A DNA stretch of 63,067 bases, the filler included, from Rhabdomonas costata (lineage: Eukaryota), in assembly GCA_019059605.1 (NCBI GenBank). It is 45 parts of 45 records of this genome, joined end to end, with 100 filler letters (N's around TTAATTAATTAA, not from the genome) between each part and the next. Parts side by side here need not be neighbours in the genome. Positions count along the whole stretch, not along the records: positions 37,905 to 39,208 come from JAHMHO010019985.1; positions 39,309 to 40,612 come from JAHMHO010019986.1; positions 40,713 to 42,015 come from JAHMHO010019987.1; positions 42,116 to 43,418 come from JAHMHO010019988.1; positions 43,519 to 44,822 come from JAHMHO010019989.1; positions 44,923 to 46,226 come from JAHMHO010019990.1; positions 46,327 to 47,630 come from JAHMHO010019991.1; positions 47,731 to 49,034 come from JAHMHO010019992.1; 37 more parts are not named here. One strand, 5' to 3'. Positions 38,201 through 50,420 of this stretch are shown here, one piece after another; the stretch's first letter is position 1, and each line of letters begins with the position of its first letter. The notes under the pieces were generated by a model that worked only from the letters and a program-made list of their open reading frames with translations, ran no database searches and was not told the DNA's origin. Both the position numbers and the translations under genes were made by a program.

Positions 38201-41200
38201 GAAGGGATCCGAGCAAGAGGGGCACAGAAGATTCTCCGCCTGCGGGAAACCCTGGAGCAGAACCATTCCCAACCCCGAATTCTCCCAAATACTAGATCAA
38301 TCTGGTCACGGGGGGATTTCGGCAGAGTGACTTTTTTCGACACTGCTTTTGATGTCGGTCTTGACTCTACGGAAAAATATCGCTCTGGACATTCCCCGCC
38401 GGTTGCCACTCCAATTTTCTTCTGCTACCGTGCAGGGGAGAAAGCGCATGAGGGGCTTCCCAGTACCCTTTGTTGCCTTTCCTCCGATTGACATGGCTTC
38501 TGCAGAGGCACACACAGTAAAAAAAAAAAGCGTGCCTCCGCCAATGGGAAGTCTGAAAGCCACCTCTTAAAACTAACTAACGGGAGAACGGATCAACTCT
38601 CCACCCCCAACCCCCCAACCCCGTCAGGTTGAACAAATACTGCTCTCAATGTGTTGGGCACTCCCGGATGCAAGGCTGCTGTCGCAGCCCGGTGACCGGT
38701 GACACTCTAGGAAAAGAAGCAGAAGTGGAACTGACATTTCACACACACCTGAAGAAGGCGAGAAAGAAATCGCGAAGGCACCTGTATCTTGCGCGCCTTC
38801 TGGCGTTGCAAGGTGCGAAGCTGTGCACCCAAGGTCAGGCCCGGTGCCATTCATGTCACAGGGGTTCGGGTCTTCCTCAAATGCAAGGGCAAGAGCCCCC
38901 GCCCCAGTTACAGCAGAGGGCAGTAGCGGCTGCTCGGGCTGGGGAGGCCGCAGCAGGCTTGCCAGCAGCCCCACGGCCGAGGAGTGCCCCAAGGGGGCAG
39001 AGGACCCGCCACTGCGCCGCGCTGCGGGGAGCAGCGCCACAAGAAGGCTCAGGGCGGAGGAGGCCGGGGCAGCACCTGCGGGACGTACCCGACGCTCAAA
39101 ATGGACCTAACCGCATGTCTGCGCAGCTCTAACGCACCCCAGAAAACGAGACTCCACCACCATCGCCATCATAAATGGCGGCACGTCGTGCACATGGAAC
39201 ACAACAAANNNNNNNNNNNNNNNNNNNNNNNNNNNNNNNNNNNNNNNNNNNNTTAATTAATTAANNNNNNNNNNNNNNNNNNNNNNNNNNNNNNNNNNNN
39301 NNNNNNNNGGGGGGTGGTTGTCTCACTCGTCGGATTTGGGTGATGTTGTGTATTTGGAAACAGGAAGTGAACAAAAACTGGGGCGGGGAAAAGTGCTCAT
39401 GTCTTTTCTTGAACTTTAGAGAAACTGCCTTTCCACCGTGCTTGGGCAGTGAATAGACATCAGTTTCCATAAACCGGTGATCGAGGTGGTCTCCGCTGAA
39501 CTCAATGACTTGGCGGTAACCACCGAGGATTCAGAACGGAGGCTCAACGAAGTCATTGTTTTCATTTGTTTCATGTCAGGACGGATGTTAGGAAACACCG
39601 AGGTGTTTACTGCGTCCGACACTTGGTACAGCAGGTTTCGTTTTTGTTCGGAATTTTCCGTTGATAAGTTGATAATTGCAAAAAGCGGCAGTAATGTTGT
39701 TGTAGGGAACTTGGACATGATACCGGAAAATTTTCCCTTCCACTGAAAAGAATGGGAATGGTTGCAAATTCCTCCTGGAATGGACACTTGAGGTGGGACG
39801 AAATCCAGGTTTTGTGTAGCATTCCACAATGTGGTGGTTCAGAATTGAGATTCCTGTTTCTTCAGCAAAAAACAATCCCCAGTGGATTGGGAAGGGTGAG
39901 AATGTTGGGACAGTATTCAGGCACTGAATCAGGAATTCTTGTGCAGTCACCCTGCAGTGCTGGAGGGTGTTCGAAACCTGTGACATCACCAAAAAAAATG
40001 GTAATTCGGTGAAATCGAATCGATCCATCTGCAGCAATCCAGACTGCTGCCTCGGACGCAGTCGTGGAATTTTGATGGGGCTATGATTTTTCAGGGCAAT
40101 TACAAGCTTCTAAGTAAAAGTTCTAAGTAAGAATACCGTTCGATCTTTTGCATTGTTCAGAATTTTGTGGAACCGTAAAATTTTTCAGTATTGATTGTCT
40201 GGATTGCAATATGATGTGCCGAATGCTGTGCTGGAAAACGCCGACCAACAGCTGATCTTATATTCAAAATCCCAAATTGAACTTTGGAATTCCCATTGAA
40301 TTCGTTGAGGGTTGCCTGTTTGTCCGGGTTTCTTTTGAACGTTTCTGTCTCAAGGTCTCAAGGAAGGAAAAGACGACAGTGCTCGCCATCGCCTTTATAA
40401 TCTGATAACTGTCACAATAAGACTATGTCAGCGCATGTTTTTAGCGTTATTTTTTTGAAAGACAAAACGGGAATCCGCCAAGGCGGTCTCTAATTCCACT
40501 CGCTAATAGCGGGCTCACACGAAACACAAAATACGCGAGTGGAAAGGGAAGGGACCGCGGTGGAACTCCAAGAAGATGCGAACACGGGGAACAAGCAAAC
40601 AAACCAAACACCNNNNNNNNNNNNNNNNNNNNNNNNNNNNNNNNNNNNNNNNNNNNTTAATTAATTAANNNNNNNNNNNNNNNNNNNNNNNNNNNNNNNN
40701 NNNNNNNNNNNNGTCCCTTGCGGTGTGCCTTACAGGCACAGACTGAGTTGAGGGGGGAGCAGGCGGAAAGACCCCGGAGAAAAAGAGGTGGGCAACAAAA
40801 CACAAAAGTGGCTTTTGCGACGGCATTGCGAAAAAAAAAAGAAATACGGCGTTTGAATTACTTGTGGTGCGATGCGTGACAGGAAAAAAGGAGAAGCCGT
40901 GAATCGGCCTACGGGCTTGCTTCTGCTGCATTGCGCATACTGCACAGCACATGCAAAAAGCGAAATAAAACCGATGTGTGTGTGGGGGGGGGACAGCTCT
41001 TTTCCCACACTTTTGCTATAGAACTGTACGTGCACTGGGGGGACTTCTTACTGGGTAAGACTTCGCTCACGGCAGTGCAGCGTAACCATGGAATGATTGG
41101 AAGGGGAATGAACTTCGGCTCGAGAGAGGCAGGCAGAGAAAGAGAGATGCGAAAGGAAAGAAAGGGGGCCGAACGAAAGACACTCTTGGTTGGTGGCGAC

Positions 41201-42339
41201 TCTGCTGTGCGTACGAAAAGAAACTCGCGAGGGAGAGTGATGTGGATATACGCGCTGGAAGCGAGGGCCAGAGAGAAAATGTGTATATGTGTGTGCTGGT
41301 ATTTGGGCTGTGAGTTGGCCTAACGGTAGAGTAGGGGAGCGGGGAAAGGTGCACGAAGAGAGAAGGCCCTTGGACAGAACGGAGACTGACCGCAAGGCAC
41401 TCGTAGTTGGTTGGATTGCAGTATTAATACGAGAAAAAGCACCGGGGAGGGTACGCCGAGTGAGGTGTTTGCACCACAATCGAAAGGCACAGAGACCAGA
41501 ATGCATGTGTCCGTAGGTGTAATTTGTTGTCTGTGCGCGATGTTGGGGGCTACCAGCTGGATCGATCTATCCTCCTGACCTGAGCCAGACCGGTGGCACG
41601 GGTATCATTCCTTGAGCTAGACGGGGACAGAGGAGGCTCATACTTGGTGGGTGGGTTGTGAGTTGAGTTGCATCTCTACGTCTGGCAGTGACATCTTCAA
41701 GGGTCCATTTTGCACCTTTTTTTGAGTGGGCACTTTTTTGTTGAACTTTTGCAGGCTTACACACCAAGCCTAACCTTTCGGCCCGCCCTGCATGGTCTAC
41801 TCAAAAGTGAGCCCGGGAGAACTTCCTGCTGGCACCGGAGTGGTCCGGAAGCCTTCCGTATGCAGCCATAGGGGCCTTCAAAAGGCCACTTTGAGGCCTT
41901 TTCGAGGCCTTTTCTTGAGTGCACCGTTCGGGCGGTTGGGGCCTTTTCAAAGTCTTTTCGGTCTTCATGGACCAGAGAAGAAAGAAGATTTCAACCTAGT
42001 TGGCGCCCCACCCACNNNNNNNNNNNNNNNNNNNNNNNNNNNNNNNNNNNNNNNNNNNNTTAATTAATTAANNNNNNNNNNNNNNNNNNNNNNNNNNNNN
42101 NNNNNNNNNNNNNNNGGGGGTGTGTTGACAAGATCTTTCTTTTGCTAAATGAATTGTCTTCTTCCATCCAACGTTTTCTTAGACATGCAACTAAATGAGT
42201 CCTTGGTGCTTGCGGTCAATCTGTCTTCAAAAAGACAAACCAAGCATTGTGCACTGTATTCAATTCATGTCGAAGAAAACGTTGGATGGAAGAAGACAAT
42301 TCATTTAGCAAAAGAAAGATCTTGTCAACACAGACTGTC

Positions 42340-43400
42340 ACGCCTGCTTAGAGCAGGTGCAATTAAACTCTACAGTTTTGCACTGTTTTTGGATATGTGA
42401 AAGAAGATACTGCTGTACAGCAATGAAGTAAAAACGCGCAATGAAGAGTACATCGTTTTAATGGTTCAGTTGCTTCAACATCGAAGCAGATTCTAATCTA
42501 ATCTAATGTAATAAACTGGATGTCACTATATTGACTTTGTATTGACTGCCTACACAGGAACCAAGTGTAATGTAAATACCCAGACCCAGCTGCGCACACA
42601 GAGTGAAAGAGAGGCACGTAATGCCACAGCAGAAAAGCATAATGATTTTCTTCAGAAACACCTAATCGCGTTAAAAAATAAGCGCAAAGTCGCACGCGCG
42701 TTCGTCGCAATTCCTGAGCTTGGGGTGAAATCAGCACAGATACACGGATCCGCAACGTAATGAGAGAGCATCATGCAAAACAAAAATGTGGCATATTTGA
42801 ATCAATAAAATGTTTCTGGTTTTTTAACATAAGCATCGCGGAGAAGCTGTACGGGATGATGTGCAGCCACAGGTAGGATTTCTGATCGCTCAAACAGTAA
42901 AGTACAAATTTACAGGAGAAATACTGATGGAAACCTTTAAGAATGCGAAAGCGGACAAGGATCCTGCACTTGTGTCACTCATTTATAAAGAGAAGTTTAA
43001 ATTTGAATGAAATACACTCTCGCATCAAGCTTTTCAAGGAAATATTAGCTTAAAAACTAATATCAAAAAGCAAAAATGTTCAACGCCATACAAAAGCAGC
43101 GCATTTTCGTATTTAAATAACAGAGCAACGACGGCTTCGTCTTAAACCAAGGAGAGTGTCAAAATATCTACGGTAGGCATGTCTCGGCCTATACGTGCGT
43201 GACTCCGACAAGTTCACCACGTCTACAACATGTCTGGCAAAACAGTTCACCCTAAAATTCACAACCAAGTTCAGCATTGCCTGCGTGTTTCCGTGAGACC
43301 ACTTGCAGCAACTACCAATTAGTACAGTAAATTATACTGCGCAAACTACACCAGTGCACCAATGGATTAAAAGTAATAAATTGCGAGATTTTTGCTTTGG
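42340..43400 (+). mobile_element. Possible highly decayed piggyBac-like transposase
   Basis: AT-richer contig; scattered fragments in the expected order (FALFLDM*KKILLYSNE; AFVAIPEL; KLYGMMC; VQIY...GQG) but many stops and frameshifts and no intact catalytic motif. Confidence 0.25.
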
Positions 43401-43636
43401 AAAATCAGACACAAAACANNNNNNNNNNNNNNNNNNNNNNNNNNNNNNNNNNNNNNNNNNNNTTAATTAATTAANNNNNNNNNNNNNNNNNNNNNNNNNN
43501 NNNNNNNNNNNNNNNNNNGGTGGTTTTGGAATGCCGAATTGAGGAGCGGTTAGACCGGAGTGGGCTCACCCGGCGTAGCCTGCTTCGATCTTCAGCCCCA
43601 TGAACACGAATGTGGCTGTCATCGCGCTGTCTGTAG

Positions 43637-44752
43637 GATGGTGGTCTATCAGCTGGTCGGCACCAAGGCCAAGGCCCAGGACGATGAGTGGATGTACACT
43701 CTGAAGCAGGAGGAGGGCGAGCCTTCGGCGTACGAGCAGGCCTTCTCCTGCGCCCCGCATGGCATGAACGATAAGGTTCCCAAGAGGCTTTTTGAACGAA
43801 CTTTGCCAGTGATGTCTTCGGAATAGGTCGGTAAGTCGCCGAGTTGGATAGGAGTCTTATGCTGGGCCCGTCCTTCTGGTCTACCCGAGCTACGGGGTAT
43901 TTTCCACACGCGCTGCTTTTCATGGTTATCCTGGCGATAAACGGCAGTTTAGCCTCTCTCTCTCTGATTCTTTTTGTGCCTCGGTTGTTGTGATTTCTCC
44001 ATTTTGAAGGGGAACCAGCGCTGGAATCTCCAGCTTGCAGGGGGTTTTCGGCTTTTCTGAGTGGCAGACTTTTCTTCGCGACCTGCGATCTTTCGGTTGG
44101 AGTTTTGCTCTTGCTACTGACATCTCGTTTTGGAAGTGGTATTCTTGATGCTTCACCTGCCAGAGCCTCACCACGGCTATATTAATGGGCCTTATTTTGT
44201 CTAGCAGTGCCAAACCACCACCCTTCCCACGTTTTCCTAGGGGATGTGACTTGCCGTGAGCTGTGATTCCCTCTTAACGATTGCGCGGGACAGCTCCCGG
44301 ATTTCGTTGGTTTTTGCTTTACCATTGTGATGTGCTTTTCATTGTAAGTTTGCCCTGGGTCTCCGCCTCCCTCCTCACCTGTGTCACATGTCACCTGGGT
44401 TGCCCAATTGTTTTTCATAAAACATTTCAAACATTTTCCATCCGAAAGCGGTTTAGTTGATCCGTCCTTGCTTGATCATTCCATCTGCTGCTTCCAATAC
44501 CTAAGTGAAGATGCGTCATTGCACTGATTGGTGTCAAGATCTGGAAGGCCCCAGCTTACCGTGCGCCCCAGGACTTTCTTTCATTTTCAGGCCCTCGGGC
44601 TTCTCGATGGAGTGCTCCAGGAGTCACCTAACGATCGCCTGGCTGTGGCGCTGCGGCGTGACCTCATCGCGACCACAGCCCCGGCTGGCCCTTCGAGGTC
44701 CCCCACCAGCAGCGGAATGACCCGTGTCCTGCCGTTCTCCCCCACTGCATGA
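43637..44752 (+). CDS. C-terminus of a putative class III adenylate/guanylate-cyclase-like protein; exons 43637-43775 and 44591-44752
   Basis: VVYQLVGTK...DDEWMYTL...YEQAF...GMNDK|ALGLLDGVLQESPND resembles the post-catalytic tail of protist cyclases; GT-AG intron 43776-44590; the catalytic core is not in the contig. Confidence 0.5.
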
Positions 44753-45029
44753 CAGCACCCTCCGCAACCGCACACCCCTTGACGCCCATTAAGTATGCAA
44801 CCCTGGCGACACCCCCAACACCNNNNNNNNNNNNNNNNNNNNNNNNNNNNNNNNNNNNNNNNNNNNTTAATTAATTAANNNNNNNNNNNNNNNNNNNNNN
44901 NNNNNNNNNNNNNNNNNNNNNNGTTTCGATCCCGGAGTCTCTGTGCATGGGGACGGCTCCGTGATGATTTCTCTCTGCCTTTTGAGCTGCTGCCTGACCC
45001 GTCTCCGCTCACCCCCCTTCACAGTACAG

Positions 45030-45780
45030 CCGATCGAAAAAGCAAAGCTGGTGGTCTACTCTGGTTTGCACGAAAGTTGACCTGGCATGGGAACGCGGGG
45101 GCCCTCTTCGAATGCGGAAGGTGAAGGAGTTGGCTGCTGCGCGGGATTGTTTAGACCCAACAGCCCTCTTGGAGGCTGCGGGTGACCAAGGCGAAGCCAG
45201 CATCTTGTCCTCCCATGCATGGCGTCTTTGGACAAGATTCCCTTTGATAGAAACGGCTGAAGCGATATGCCCAGGAAGCTCGCGCCCAATGGACAAACAC
45301 GGTGATCACGCGCTTTGCTTCTCGAGTCTGGGAGTGTACGCCAGACACAACGACCAACGCTTGCAGTTTGCTGAGCTGGGCAAAGAGACGGGTTTGAGGG
45401 TCGAGGTGGAGCAAGGTCCAGATGACTACCTTGACCGACCGGCAGACTGCCTGGTTCACGGGCTTGACGGATCGTCACCTTCGTCGGTCGATTTTTCAGT
45501 GGTCTATCCTGTGCAACCTCTGCAACCTTCAGCAGATCTGGCGCAGTGGCGCAGTGGAGCGTGCATGCTTCGCGAGAAAGGACGGATCTGCGGGCTGGGC
45601 TTGCCACCCTTTTGTCATCGCCGTGGGCAAATGGGGAGGATGAGGGAGAATGAGGCTCGCTCCCTTCTGCATGGTTAGCAAGAACCTGGGCTCTGAAGCG
45701 CGGCTACTCGAAGGCGGAAGCCATCCGGAAATGTCTGAACGGCATCGGGGTGTCCGTCCTTAGAGCTGTGTGCCGCCAGC
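45030..45780 (+). mobile_element. CRE/SLACS-like non-LTR retrotransposon relic: zinc knuckle and restriction-like endonuclease
   Basis: ICP...MDKHGDHALC...YARHND...GLRVEVEQ...RPADCLV...VDFSVV...CHPFVIAVGKWGG; frameshifted. Confidence 0.8.
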
Positions 45781-46326
45781 TGGAGCGCGGGTTTCCGGAG
45801 CCCAGGGTCGAGGCTGAGCCTCCCCCCACCAGACGCCTCGAGCTGTAGCCAAGCGCTTTCCCGGCTCACCAAAAGCACACGCTTACGTTGAAGCGCAGCT
45901 AAGGGATTAACTCGACGGGGTGCACTTTCCCCGGTCGCCCCGCTGTCAACACACAGCACGTGCATTCTTCATACAACTCATGATTTCCTTCACTCCCAGC
46001 TCACACGGAGGTCGCCCGACACTCGCAGTGTCTGACGCAGTGCGATCTGTGTGTTTTCGCTTTACGCGCGCGCCTCCATCCATCGCAGTGGCCTCTTCCC
46101 TGCGGGCGCCCACGTCTATGTTGTGCTTTCGTATTTTTTTTTGTGTTATTGGGTGCGGAAATAGAGACCGCCTTGGTAGGTACCTCACCTGGCGGTCTCT
46201 ATTTCCGCACCCAATAACACAACAAANNNNNNNNNNNNNNNNNNNNNNNNNNNNNNNNNNNNNNNNNNNNTTAATTAATTAANNNNNNNNNNNNNNNNNN
46301 NNNNNNNNNNNNNNNNNNNNNNNNNN

Positions 46327-46483
46327 TTGGTGGATGTGGCGCTGGTGATGGTTGTGGTGGTGGTCGCCGTGGTGGTAGTGCGTCTCCGAGAGCACCAGGT
46401 CGTTGTCCCACTCCGGACCCGCGGACACGGCACCCCACGTCTTGTGCGCGGCGGGCTCCTGGACGTAGTTCAGGAAACCAAAC
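46327..46483 (-). CDS. Exon with a histidine-rich tract
   Basis: Pyrimidine tract + CAG; FGFLNYVQEPAAHKTWG...HYHHGDHHHNHHQRHIH. Confidence 0.5.
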
Positions 46484-49134
46484 CTGGCAAAGGAAAAGCA
46501 GCAAGTCTTGCAAACCTTTGGGATGAACAGTGCGGGGAGTGTGCCGCAGTGCCTCATTGAGAGAGAGCGTCATGTCGGGTTGGTTCAAAGCAAACCGTAC
46601 CTCATCATGCAGCAGACCCCTTCCCGACAGCAGAGATAGGATCCGATTTGTTTCCTTGCTAAGGAGGGGAATGTGAGGGTGGCACCAATAGAGTTGGGCC
46701 ATACCAACAGTTGTGCCACTCACGGGCTCCCATTCGCCGAAACACCACGCGCTCCACAATTACTGAGGGATGGAATGGATGAGATGGGACGGAAAAGATG
46801 CTGTGGACGATGCAGTGTAAACGCGATTGCGGCTGAGGTGGGGATGAAGGGTAATTATTCGCATCGAAGGGTGTGGGGGGGGGGGCTTACAACAGGTCAT
46901 CGGAGGTGAATAACCCATGGAGTGCGCAGAGAAAAAAGCAGGACCAAATTCGCGAGGGAAACAACTTCGAAGACCAGAAAAACGTGCTCATAACAGTGGG
47001 TACCTTGGGTGGGTGGGTGCATGAAGGTGTGTGTGTGTGTGTGTACAATACCCTGCGCCGCAGATGGTGGCCTGCGACGGGGTGGCACGGCCAGCCACAG
47101 AACCACCGTGAGCACCGTACCTGAACCACGTGCACACCGCGTTTCATCATACAGGTCAGGTCAGGTGCGGGATGAATGTAACAAAACGGCTGCGCATCAG
47201 CTTAGCAGCCCCCGGCGCTGAGGCTAATGTCAACCCGGTTCCTGGTTCTCTGGTTCCTATGACGTTACTTTTCTTACGGAAGGACTCGGGATGACAAGAA
47301 AAAGGTACCCTTTCGGGCTGCACAAAAAAATCACCCCATTGTTTTCCTTCCCCTCCACTCGGGATGACCAATCGCCATCACCAGTAGGGACCCCGGGGTG
47401 ACAGATATATGGCTCGCAGGAAAACTTTCAGCTACACAGCCAACTGGAGAACAGCTGCCAAGAAAGCAGGGAAGGGGCGAAGAGCACAATAAGGAACTGC
47501 GGGGGTCGGGGAGGATACGCACATTTCTTTGTTGAAGGAGTAGCGAAGCGCTGCGACTGGATGAAAGCAGAGAACAACAAACGCAAATGCAGAGAGGCGA
47601 AAAACGCCAACGATCTGTGGAAAACAACAANNNNNNNNNNNNNNNNNNNNNNNNNNNNNNNNNNNNNNNNNNNNTTAATTAATTAANNNNNNNNNNNNNN
47701 NNNNNNNNNNNNNNNNNNNNNNNNNNNNNNTCCGGAGTGGCGGTGTAGGCTTCGTACCACAAACATTAGTGCCATCTTTTTCCGTTAGTTTGTGTTTTTT
47801 TCCGCAAAATCTTGTTTTTGTACATGCTCTCCAAAGCAAATCGCAACAGTGGTTCAGGGGCCCTGTAATCGAGGAACAAAACCACAGGTGGGCACGACTG
47901 TATGGCAAGCGGTGGCCTTTGCACTCCGCTACACACACTGTCCCATCCGGTGCTTTTAGTCTCCGCCCCGTCCGGTGCTTTCAGGCTCCGTAAAACGAAT
48001 ATGCAGTCGGAGACTTTGTTTGTAGCGACGATAATTTTGTACACCAGCCCGTGTAGGCGCGATTATTTGGCGAGCGGAAAAGGAAAACCGTCCGAGAGAA
48101 GTGCGTGTTGACAACGTAACCTTGTTTTTTTTGTTTCTCATAAGTGGCTGATTATCCTTGGTTAAAGCGTTTTGGGTGTCGATCATGAGTGGTAAGGTTT
48201 AATGGTGCTATGTCGATGCCGGAGGCAGCCTCGAAGAAATGGGTGGCGCACCATCCACTTCGACAAACAGCCGTGTCATGCGGTTCTCCGTTTGGGCGGG
48301 AAAGAAAACTCAAACACAATGGAACAGGCATAATTCGACAGGAAAAAGATTCTGGGTACCCGGTCAAATTGCCAATTTGAAGCCGTTGGTTTTAGGGGGC
48401 TTTTGATTTTAAAATTCAAGGCTGGGTAAACCAATAAAAACGGTATAAGCCTTTTTTTTGGGGGTCAGGGCCGTTTCGGTAGAGAATGTTAAGTCTGACG
48501 ATCAACGCGCGGATCTTTGGAGGTTTCTACTAAAGAGAACGCGGGACGTAAACGGTCGGCTCCCGGATCGCCGCTGTGTGCTTTTTGGGAACCGGCGCGA
48601 AGACCGTCTTTAAAGTCCCCGTCAGGTAGTGGTTGGCAAAGGACATGCGTTAGGCTAAAAAGGGCCTGGAAATCGCGTCGGACGCTTCACACAGCAACCA
48701 AACGTTTGTTTTTACCATTTTTATCTTGCCCAAAATGTGACCATTTCTCCGCAGCTTTTACATTACATTCTGTTCGGGCAAACCTGGCGCCTGAGATTTT
48801 TTTTTGCTGAAAAGCGCGCGCGACGCAGCAACCTCAGAGTAACATTCATTAGGTTTCCACGCATGCGAACCGAGCTGACGACGGGAAAAAACGCACGCAA
48901 GAGAATGGAACGGAAACGAAAGACGTCTGGGGCTTTCTTCTTTGACTCATGGATACCATCATCACGATAGAGAACAGCGGCCACAACAAGCATTCTCATC
49001 GGCTGTCCAACAACAACCAAACACACCTAATACANNNNNNNNNNNNNNNNNNNNNNNNNNNNNNNNNNNNNNNNNNNNTTAATTAATTAANNNNNNNNNN
49101 NNNNNNNNNNNNNNNNNNNNNNNNNNNNNNNNNN

Positions 49135-50420
49135 GTGTTTGTTGGAGCTGGAGGCCCAAGCAAAGGCCTGTGGGAATGAGCTTGCACAGGAGAAGCTGCG
49201 CTCGGAGTGGCTGGAGGGCGAGTGCCAAGTTCTGCGCGAAGTGGTGTGTGCGCGACTGGGCGTGTTTCGGTGCAAAGGAATTCTCATCTTTCTAGGCTTC
49301 CTCTTTGTCCGGATTCGATTGATCAAGCCCCAGGTTTGCCATTCATGTGCAAGTTTCCCCTTCCCTTCCTCTCGCTGATTCGGAGTGCGTTCTTTCCCCT
49401 GCGAAGCTTTTCTTTTCGATGTCTCTGGTCAGATCAAGCGGGGCCAGGACACCACTGCAGCGAGCATGCAGGCTCTTCGAGAGGAGGTGCGCGCATGTGT
49501 GAAAATGTGGTTAAGTCTCCTGACACGTTCTGGGCAAAAAACGGCTTTGCCCTGGTGTCGAAGACAAGGTCCAAACTGCGGCTACAACTTCCCGTTCAGA
49601 GATGAACAGGAATCAAAAGCCCCCTGAGCATTCCGTTTGGGCGCAGTGGTTCGAAAAACTCTCACTTGCCCTCATGTGAAGGCCCTGTGCTTTCCAAGCG
49701 TGCCTGTCGATTCTTTTGCAACTGGCCATTGCCTTTTGGTGTGCGGGTTGTTGTGCGGGCGCTGCGCGTCAGGTGAAGCGCGCCCACGACGGCACAGCGA
49801 GCGTGACGGCGCTGCTGACCAAGCAGCTTGAAGAGGGAGCCTCGCTTCGCGAGGAGGTGTGCGGTTTACCTTCAGTATTCGTGTGTAGTGAGGCTCTGCG
49901 GCTGGGGCTTCGTCAATCCCTTTCTGTGGAGGAGTTGCGTTGTTGTGAAATGTGCTGCCGATCAGAAACGACGCAGCGGCCGAAACCATGTGCCTGGAGG
50001 AAACCGAGCAGGTGCATTTCGCCGAAAACTTCCTTCCCAACGACCAAAGGCAATGGGTTGTTCCCCTCTGTTAGATTTGCCCGAGAATGCGAGTTTTATG
50101 GAAGCACCGCATGGTTGGGACAAGATCCGTGATTGGTGGCCTTTTCCGTTTTCAGTAGACATTCTGTGCCTCAACCGTAACTGTGACCACTGACTCCTTT
50201 CCATGCAGTTTCTGTCTTGGCAGCGCCCGCTCGGGTCCACCCCAGATGACTGCTGGCCATTGCGGATTCTGCGTTGCCCTCGACTGCCTTTCTCGGTGTG
50301 ATCTCACAGCTGAAGGTTCTCACCGCGGACCTGCGCCGGCTGACCTCTACCGAGCAGTTTGTGAAGACGCAGCAGCGCCTGTTTGAGCTGGAGGAGGAGA
50401 ACCTTGGGCTGCGAGACCAG
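49135..50420 (+). CDS. Coiled-coil protein in short phase-0 exons: <49135-49243, 49433-49486, 49773-49856, (49961-50011?), 50310-50420
   Basis: Joined sequence ...QVLREV|IKRGQDTTAASMQALREE|VKRAHD...SLREE|LKVLTADL...GLRDQ; donors GTGTG, GTGCG, GTGTG, GCACC; CAG acceptors. Confidence 0.7.
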
